DNA from: Geosiphon pyriformis uo1
Lineage: Eukaryota; Fungi; Glomeromycota
Reading direction: 5' to 3'
Assembly (NCBI GenBank): GCA_016748015.1
Contig: JAAOMT010000213.1
Span: 278,485 to 342,484 of the forward strand
Length of the DNA: 64,000 nucleotides
In this document: positions 56,101 to 64,000 of the stretch, piece by piece
Position numbering within the stretch: the stretch's first letter is position 1
Layout: each line of letters begins with the position of its first letter
The notes under the pieces: generated by a model
Database searches by the model: none
What the model saw: the letters and a program-made list of their open reading frames with translations, nothing else
Told to the model about the DNA's origin: nothing
Made by a program: the position numbers and the translations under genes

Positions 56101-57910
56101 TCCACAATAAGCCAGTATAAACAATTTCCATTAGCCATTGGAAAGTTGCTGAAGCATTGGTTAAGCCGAATGGCATCACTTCAAATTCAAAATTCTCTTC
56201 TCTAGTAGTAAATGCTGTCTTCTCTTTGTCAGCTGGATTTATGGCTACTTGCTAGTAACTACTGTCCAAATCTAATGTGGAGAACCATTTGTTCCCACCG
56301 AAAGCATCAAATAATTCCTGTATTTGTGGAGTTGGATAACTGTCTCCACAAGTTACACCATTGAGTTTCTTGTAGTCTACACAAAACCAGATTTTTCTAT
56401 TTTTCTTACAGACGAATACCACTGGTGATGACCATGGACTCATTGATAGTTGAATTAACCTGTTGTCAAGCATTCTGTTTATCTCTTGACAAATGATCTT
56501 GTGGCTGGCTGGTGGCACTCTGTATGCTCTTTGTTTGATTGGCATTGCATCTCCAGTCTTGATCTGATGCTGAATAATGTCAGTTCGGCCAAACTCATTT
56601 TTACTGGCAAAGATGTCATTGAAATTGTTAAGTAACATCTTAAGCTGCATATATTGGAGTGGATCTAAGTTTTCCATGTTCATTTGTTCCAATTGTTCTG
56701 GTTGGAGCAAATAATATTCGTCTCATCCATAGATTGTTTGTGATGTGATGTCAACATATCCACAAAGTTGTGAAAAGTCTGGAATGGGGTTTGGTGGTTG
56801 GTCTTCTATTTCTGTGGTTAAATATCTGATGGTGGTTCTTTCTGGTATGTTGATGACATTGCCAGTGTTGTTGTAAATGGGAATTTTTATGTTGCTATAG
56901 CTTTTGGCTGGTATGTGGAGATTGATCAACCCAATCTCTCTTGATTCACAAAGGTTTGCTTCCACTTCAAAAATCTGTTCTTGCTCCTTCCCCTTCCTTT
57001 CTATTGCTAACATGTACTGGCTATATGGTGGAATAGAAATAGCTTGACTGGTTGAGATAATTTCTCCTTGGCCAACAATTTCTTCCTCCGCCATATTAAC
57101 TGGTACATCTTTTCTACCCATTGATCCAAATCCTTGTATTCCTCTCGCTGTTATTCCTAATTCCTCCCTCTTTTCTACTGACACTAACTGAGCTACTTTA
57201 ATCAGAGGCAGGAATATTGTCTATGCTATCTTTTCGTTGGGCTCTATTATATAGGCCTTTTCTGAATCATTTTGTAGCATGGTGATGATATTTCCTACAT
57301 ATCCCACATCAATTATTCTTCCTCTTATATTGATTTCTCTTTTCGCTAAATTACTTCTAAATGCTAATTGAACCATTGTTGTTGCCGGAATCTCTAGTGC
57401 TATTTTCAGATCAATGCAGATGCGTGAATGTGGTTCTAATTTGATGGTCTTTTTTCCTAGATATCTCAGATCAAACCCTGCATTAGTATTATGTGCATGT
57501 TTTGGCATAATACCTTCTCTATTGTCACTATACCATTTCAACTCTTGTTCTTTGGAGAGATCTGATAGTGCAATGTATTGTTCATAGTTTAAATCAGGAT
57601 TTGAATCTGAGTCTAAATCATTTTTGTTGTCATTGTCATTTTGAACGAAGCTGGAACTGGTGTTTTCATTGTCATTGTCAGAGTCTGAATCACGATTGAT
57701 CAGCAATTCTGATTCTGATGCATAGCTGCTAATTGGTTCTTCTTTTTCAGAGATCGAGTAGATCATGCGTGGTGGTGGATTGTAAAGGAGGTCACAATCA
57801 TTACAATATTCAAAGTCACTGGGAATTAAACAATGACGACACAGTCTTGTATTTAATTATGCTAGCCATTGTTCTTGCTCTTCTCTAGTGGATGCCAAGT
57901 TTTGGTAGTG
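52329..57910 (-). mobile_element. G2: 3' part of a Ty3/gypsy element related to G1 (dUTPase-RT-RH-INT-ORF3-3' LTR); 5' part absent
   Basis: LTR 52329-53147 (TATTAC...GTAACA, similar to the G1 LTR) and PPT. ORF3 starts at 53790, integrase 54074-54607, RT 55742-56710, dUTPase 56723-57766. Confidence 0.94.
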
Positions 57911-59376
57911 TAACTTTTCCAAAACCGACTCAACTGACACTTCCAAAGCCACCAACTTAGATTCCAATCCATCCACCTTGAAGGTTAATATCTTAAAACT
58001 ACTCGAGCTAAGATCGGTAATTGTGTTTGCAACAATTACAGGAGGAAGAACAGGAGATGCCAGTGTATCATCTATGGCCATATTTAAATCCACAACAGAA
58101 TCCAAAGGCGCTGGAACAACCAGAGGTGAGACAAATGACTTGGATGCCAGAGGCACCAATTCTACAAAACTTAGCTTCTTCATAATTTCAGACATTTGAT
58201 CTGCCAAAAGTTCCAGAGACTTTTCCAAGACCACCAAACAATCACTTAAGCCAAAGGAGATTGTAGATACAGGAGGAGGGATACCATCAAGACTTAAGAG
58301 TTCATAAAGAGAGAGATTAAGACCAGATTTAGAGTGAATACTACCAGAAAACTTAAAGAGTGAGACCACTTGGGCCCAAGATTTGTTACCAAAAGCAGTA
58401 GGGCAAGATATCGGAACACATTTTTTTTCATACAATTTAGCAAGCTGAAAACAAACTTCCTTTGAAGCATCTTTTTTGTATGATCTCTTAGATAATGACA
58501 GCATAATTGCATTTGATATATTACATTCAAAAGCCAAATGTCCAAAACGCCCATACTTTTCACAACAAACCAAATTCATTCTAGCCCAAAAAAGTTTCAC
58601 CCCATTAAAGATAGGCTCCATGTGAAAGGCAGATTCTAGATTATCATCAGAGGCAAAACCAACTACTGTACAGTGAATCCTATTACCTGTTTTCATGGAC
58701 TAGTTTATAATGTATGTTTTCCCACCAGCCCTTTCCAAAAAATTGCCCAAATCATGAGCAGTTGTTTCTACAGGTAGAGTAAACAGAAGTGCTCTGAACC
58801 AATCTCTAGATGCCCAAGTCTCACAATTCCTCACTGCTTTGGCTACATGCACAGAATTTTTACCAATTAGGAATGACCACTTTGAGGCCAACAAATCAGC
58901 TTGGTCTATTTCAGCAAACTTCATTACAGTCTTTTGCCACATTCCAATTAATTGAATTTTAATCAACTTAATTTCCCCAAATTCAGATACTGTGGTGATG
59001 ATCATATCTTTAGACATATCCATGAGAATTTCCTTGATTATCACAGCCCAATCTAATCTTATTCCTTGTCTCTTAAGATCGCTATTTATGATAATCTCTT
59101 TTTCTCTGACCAATAATGTGGTCTTAATTATGCTCTCCTTAGAAGTAAATATAGATCAGATGATCTCCTCAAATTTTGAGGGGATAGTGGCCCCCCCAAA
59201 ACCATTGACTGATGAAAAATTTTTTCTAATTAACTGGGTTTTTGTCATCACTGATTTCCCTTTCACAGCACTAAGATTGATATTAAGAGTGAAGGATTTT
59301 TTGGCAGACACTTCAACCTGAGTTTTAATAATTTTTGGGTCAATCTATTTTTTTTTCCAGAGAGATTAGAAGGTGA
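57911..59376 (-). mobile_element. LINE-E: ORF1 fragment (LINE-B subfamily), bounded by G2 sequence and the G3 LTR
   Basis: ORFs 58700-59113 and 57857-58696 are homologous to LINE-B ORF1 (SEFGEIKLIKIQLIGMWQK, CEKYGRFGH, GLESKLVALEVSV). Confidence 0.9.
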
Positions 59377-60369
59377 TGTTACCGGAGGTTTTTGGTCTCT
59401 TTTCTTAAATGTTGGCAATGTTGATTTGCTGTGAATTCACGTTTTCAGGAAGTAGTTGAACCTCTAATAACTGAATTTATCTTCAAATTATCTTCTATAA
59501 TTTGAACTTGCTGGGCTTATAAGTGAAATGGCCAATTCCATGCCAGTTACTTTATGTAGTTACATTGTAGTAAACATCAACTTTTTCCCAGGAATTGCTT
59601 ATCTGAAAGCTCACTAAAATGTATAGTTACTTTGCTGTGAAAGTCAACTCTTCTACAGGAATCTTGTCTGTAGGCTACCCTAATAATTGTAATAAGAAAA
59701 GAAAAGAAAAATAAAAGAAATGTAAAAGAAATAGAATTTTTTTAAGAGAAATGTTTTCTATCCAGACCTGGAATCACTAACAGTTTACTGAAATTGGTAG
59801 CTAATCAATTTCAAAACGTTAGTTGGGTTTTGAGAATTTTCCAAGTGCAATAATTTAAAGAGTTTGGTTTTTCGAATTATTTGATATTTATTTTTTTTTG
59901 TGTGTGTAGGAATGGTTTTAAGTGATAAATTTAAAATAAGATACATTTTCCAGAAGAGAAAAGCTTTTCTTTTATACAACTTGTTGTAGTACTAGTCTAT
60001 GAACTTGCACTTTTTCTCTTTGCTCAAATTTCAGCAAACTAAAGATACATTTTGATAAACTACAAGTTATTTCACTGAACTATTGATTAATTTGGGTGAA
60101 CTATTCATAATTTCGGCAAATTTCTTATAAATTTCGGCGAATTTCTGTAAATTTTGGCGAATTTTTGAATGTTACAAAGTTCAGGGTATTGTGTAATTTG
60201 ATCATCCTACTTTCTGTTATACTAATTAGATTATTTTAATTGAATCGTGATATGTGATAATTGATTAAATAATAAATGATAATTTGAAATGATATTAATA
60301 TACTAATAAATTATAGGAATTATAAGGGTAATTTCATGCTAATTAATAGCTAAAATTCTACTGGTAACA
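59377..60369 (-). repeat. G3 3' LTR (993 bp)
   Basis: 7-bp inverted termini with an adjacent PPT; tandem AATTTCGGCG-type repeats at about 60109-60168. Confidence 0.85.
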
Positions 60370-61057
60370 TAATCTCCTCCTTAAGACTGAGCTCTGTCAA
60401 AGTCCAAGCACTATCTGTAATATTGAGATAGTGATCTAAAATAATTGAAGTAATCTGGTCTGAAAATTGTTGAAATTTTAGTTCTATAAGTTTGCCAATG
60501 TATTGGACTTTCATTGGTTGCAGTATTGGATTTTGTAGAACATTTTCACAAATATTAAACAAGTCATAGAGTCTAAGAGCTGCTCTAAGTTTGTAGCGAG
60601 TGTTTGTTGGTCCAGCTGCTGTTTTGAATTTATTGTGGATTTGTTTTTGTATAACTTCAGGACTGAGATTTGTTGCTTCAAGTTCCAGTTTTCGTTGATA
60701 AAGTGTTTTTCCAATTTGAAAGTATTTATAGATAGGAGTGTGTTCATTGTTCTGTTCATTAAGAAGTAGCAGAAGTTTTTGTTGCATTGTAGCATTTGGT
60801 AAAATGTCAATAGGAGCAATTAAAAGATTTTCTTCTAGTGCCTGCTTCAAAAGTCTTGGTAATCTATTTTCAGAGTGACTTCTTGTTTTTCTTCTATAGG
60901 AGTGATAGTTCTGTAAATGATTTGCTACTGGGGCTTTGGTTTTTTTCTGATTGTAATTAATTTGACTTCCATTAATCGTTATAGATAAGTCAGGGAGTGT
61001 TTTTAAGGCTAACATTAATTTTTGGGATATTTGTTGAATATTTTGGGGAATAATCAT
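60350..61057 (-). CDS. G3 ORF3, intact 235-aa protein of unknown function running through the PPT into the LTR
   Basis: Uninterrupted ORF whose N-terminus and YxYFQIG segment align with the decayed ORFs in G1 and G2. Confidence 0.75.
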   Translation of the reverse strand: MIIPQNIQQISQKLMLALKTLPDLSITINGSQINYNQKKTKAPVANHLQNYHSYRRKTRSHSENRLPRLLKQALEENLLIAPIDILPNATMQQKLLLLLNEQNNEHTPIYKYFQIGKTLYQRKLELEATNLSPEVIQKQIHNKFKTAAGPTNTRYKLRAALRLYDLFNICENVLQNPILQPMKVQYIGKLIELKFQQFSDQITSIILDHYLNITDSAWTLTELSLKEEIMLPVEF

Positions 61058-61284
61058 GATAAAATTGACTAATTATGAAAAGAGAATAAAGAAAATTATT
61101 TTTGAATATGGGGTTTTTATTTGTTTTTGGGTTTGGGTGTTTTGTAATTATTTACTATTTTTGTCTTTGTGTTTTTATTAGAGAATTATTGTAAAATTTA
61201 AGTGTTTAAGTTTGGTTGTTGTTCTATTATAATTATTGGTTTTAAATTTCAGAAAATATTTTCAGGATTGATTAAAGAGAAATG

Positions 61285-61303
61285 AGATGTGTATAAGAGA
61301 CAG
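61285..61303 (+). other. Tn5 mosaic end / Nextera adapter (assembly artefact)
   Basis: Exact 19-mer AGATGTGTATAAGAGACAG. Confidence 0.98.
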
Positions 61304-61651
61304 ACACCAGACGAAGACCCAAGAAACCCCACCCACTACTATTGTAACCATTGTAACAAAGAAAAATACGGTTACCCAGAAAGACACGGAAAATGGGACG
61401 AGGAACCGTTACCAAGAGGGTGCGACTGGAACGACTTACCAGGCAGAGGAGGAACGTGTGACGCAACTTGCCAATACACGATCCTCATCTGTGACTGGGT
61501 AAGAGGAGGAACGCCGTTCGAAGCAGCATTCAACAGAGCGTTAAAAAGACTACAGCACTACCCACATGACGAGGACAAGTTGTACAACACCGCACAAGCC
61601 AAAGTAAGAGGAGGAACCACCGAAGAAATACGACGTTGGAAAGAGTCAGCC
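61304..61651 (+). mobile_element. Chimeric read-derived fragment of another gypsy copy (CxxC domain), in opposite orientation
   Basis: YYCNHC...GKWD...GTCDATCQYTILICDW...YPHD is homologous to G1 at about 30200-30490. It is flanked by the adapter and the N gap. Confidence 0.85.
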
Positions 61652-61715
61652 NNNNNNNNNNNNNNNNNNNNNNNNNNNNNNNNNNNNNNNNNNNNNNNNN
61701 NNNNNNNNNNNNNNN
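61652..61715. other. Assembly gap (64 N)
   Basis: Run of n. Confidence 1.
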
Positions 61716-64000
61716 GTTGTGATAGGTAATGGTCCAACTAAATCAATTCCAACTCTGTCAAAAGGTTGTCCAACTTTGATTGGATTTAGAGGTTCTGTGG
61801 GGTGAGTTCCTTCTCTTCTTTGACAATTATCACAAGATTCTACATATTGTCGAATGTCTTTTTACATGTGGGGCCAAAAATAATGTTCAAGGGTTCTTTG
61901 AATTGTTCTCTCTTTTCCCAAGTGTGCTGAAAACGGATCTGTGTGCATGTTGTATAAAATTGTTTCTTTTTCATTCTCTTGTACTAATCTGAGTGGCTGG
62001 TTTGGTTTTCTGTGATTTTTATAATAAATTTTGTTCTGGTGTATGAAATATTGTTTTGATTGGTGTTGTAAGTGGTGTTTTTTACTTGGAGACCAGTTTT
62101 CTGGCATGGTAAGAGTCTCCAAATAATTTTTAAGATTGCTGTAGTTTCTGGGATCTATTCTTGTTTGGTTATTTTGTTGGTAAATTGGTAAGTTGTGATG
62201 AAATTGTTGTTGGTATTAATCTTGTCTCATTCTTGAGAGGCTATCAATATTGATATGTAGTTTTTCTGATTTGTGGTGTACAATATATCTGTAGTCTGCT
62301 AAAAAGTCATTCCATTGAGACTGTTTGGCACTTTGTTCAGTTTTCTTTTTATTGAGCCATTTGAGGCCAATGTTGTCCGTTATTATGTCAAATTCTTTTC
62401 CATTCTTCAGATATTGTTGAAAATGTTTAAGAGCCCAAATAACTGCAGCAGCTTCTAATTCAGTTGAGCCATATTTGAGTTCTGTTGGCTTGAGTGTTCT
62501 GTTGGCATAGGCAATAACTTGTTCTTGGTCATTTTCATCCAATTGTGATAAGATGGCACCAAATGCTATGTGTGAGGCATCAGTGGCTAATTGGAATTGT
62601 TTGTTGAAGTCTGGGTAAGCAAGAACTGGGGCTGTTGTCAATTTTGTTTTGAGAATTTCAAAAGCTTTTTGTTGTTCTTCAGTCTATTTGTATGGTATGT
62701 TTTTGTTGGTAAGATAATTGAGGGGTTTGGCAATTTCTGAGAATCCTTTTATGAATTTTTGATAGTAAGAGGCTAATCCCACAAATCCTCTTAGTTCTGT
62801 AGTATTTCTGGGAGTTTAAAAGTTTTTGACAGCACTGATTGTTCCTGGATTTGGTTTGATTTCATCTTTACTAACTATGTGTCCAAGAAAAATCAAGCTT
62901 GTTTTTCCAAAGTGACATTTCTCAATATTTAACTTTAATCCTGCTTTCCATAATTATTGAAAAACTTCTCGCAGGTGAATGAGATGGGCTTTAAAGCTTG
63001 GTGAGTATACATCAGTATTATCAAGATAAACAACTACTAATTGCCATAAGAGCCCTTTATAGACAACATCCATGAGTTGCTGAAATGTTGCTGGTGTATT
63101 GCAGAGTCCAAAAGGCATAACATTAAACTCATAATTTCCCCCTTGAGTGGTGAATGCTGTTTTGGGTCTATCTTTTAAGTCCATTTCGACTTGCCAGTAT
63201 CTACTTTCCAGGTCTAAAGTTGAAAAGAACTTGGCTTTTCCTAGAGCATTTAGCATGTCATTAATTCTTGGAAGAGAGTAGGCATCTCTAATTGTAACAC
63301 TATTCAGTTGTCTATAATCAACACAGAATCTGATTTTTCCGTTTTTCTTTTTAACTAAAACTACTGGTAAGGCCCAAGGACTTCTTAATGGTTGAATCAA
63401 TCCATTATTGAGCATTCTTTGGATCTCTTCTCTGATGAATTGGTGGCTGGCAGATGGCACTTGATAAGCTTGTTGACGTTTTGGTAGAGCATCTCCTGTA
63501 TGAATTTGATGTTGAACAATGTCTGTTTTTCCCAAATCATTGTTGTCTTTTGCAAATATATCTGCAAATTCAGCTATCAATTGTTTCAATTGTCTTTGTT
63601 GTTGAGGTTCTAAGGGACCCATATTGATTTAAGAGAGTTTTTCTTCCAACAAGTGGTAGTTTTCAGTAGTGGGAATGATATTTGGATTTGGGAGTAGAGT
63701 GTGCTTTACAATTTCGATGAAATTAGAGACAATTTAAGGGTTTTCATCTTGAAAGATATTGCTGTGTATGATTCCAATTTCTAATTTGTTTAATAAAACA
63801 ATAGGGTAATTATTGGGGTTGTAGAATGTAACTCAAAATTTTTTCATTCCTTTGGAAATATAAACGTTTGGAATTGATATTTCATGCTTCAAACAGATTT
63901 GTTCATTGGATTCAAAGATTTGTTGTGTAATGGTGAGTTTTGAGCAAGTGTAAATTTCGTGATGTTCTCCAAAAAGTAAAATGGTAATTGGCTGAAGAAG

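Larger units (their letters stand above)
59377..64000 (-). mobile_element. G3: divergent Ty3/gypsy element (3' LTR, ORF3, partial integrase, RNase H, RT) running off the window; mis-assembled at 61285-61715
   Basis: LTR 59377-60369 (TGTTACC...GGTAACA) and PPT AAGGAGGAG. RT 62954-63622, RNase H 62216-62641 (TDAS, ELEAAAV), integrase zinc finger 61862-62122. Joining the parts across the gap into one element is assumed. Confidence 0.85.

Noticed and set aside
61272-61729. ORFs beginning MYKRQ / MCIRDR / ending VSYTHL
   Set aside because: These peptides are translations of the Nextera adapter.

Overview
Intron-rich, AT-rich eukaryotic DNA from an early-diverging fungus, most likely Glomeromycotina (Mucoromycota); the repeat content recalls Geosiphon-type genomes, which is an inference only. 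Nine housekeeping genes lie in two islands. The first (0.3-13.2 kb) holds LSM6, an RBM18-like RRM gene, ITFG1/LINKIN, a DHHC palmitoyltransferase and RPL9. The second (38.5-45.5 kb) holds mitochondrial GluRS, RPL34, SDH3 and carnosine N-methyltransferase. The rest is decayed, nested retrotransposon: five copies or fragments of an RNase H-bearing APE-type LINE (A-E) and three Ty3/gypsy LTR elements (G1-G3), each inserted into a LINE. Most notable: (1) the gypsy family carries a multi-CxxC domain and a dUTPase between protease and RT, apparently encodes integrase as a separate ORF, and has a conserved extra ORF in the env position; (2) a hairpin can sequester the PBS and mimics a tRNA 3' end; (3) the LINE 3' UTRs look like host promoters, and short copies of the LINE 3' terminus sit just upstream of LINE 5' ends, as in HeT-A-like pseudo-LTR logic; (4) repeats show RIP-like C-to-T hypermutation. 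A Nextera/Tn5 adapter at 61285-61303 and an N gap mark an assembly artefact near the right end. All alignments and counts were done by eye.
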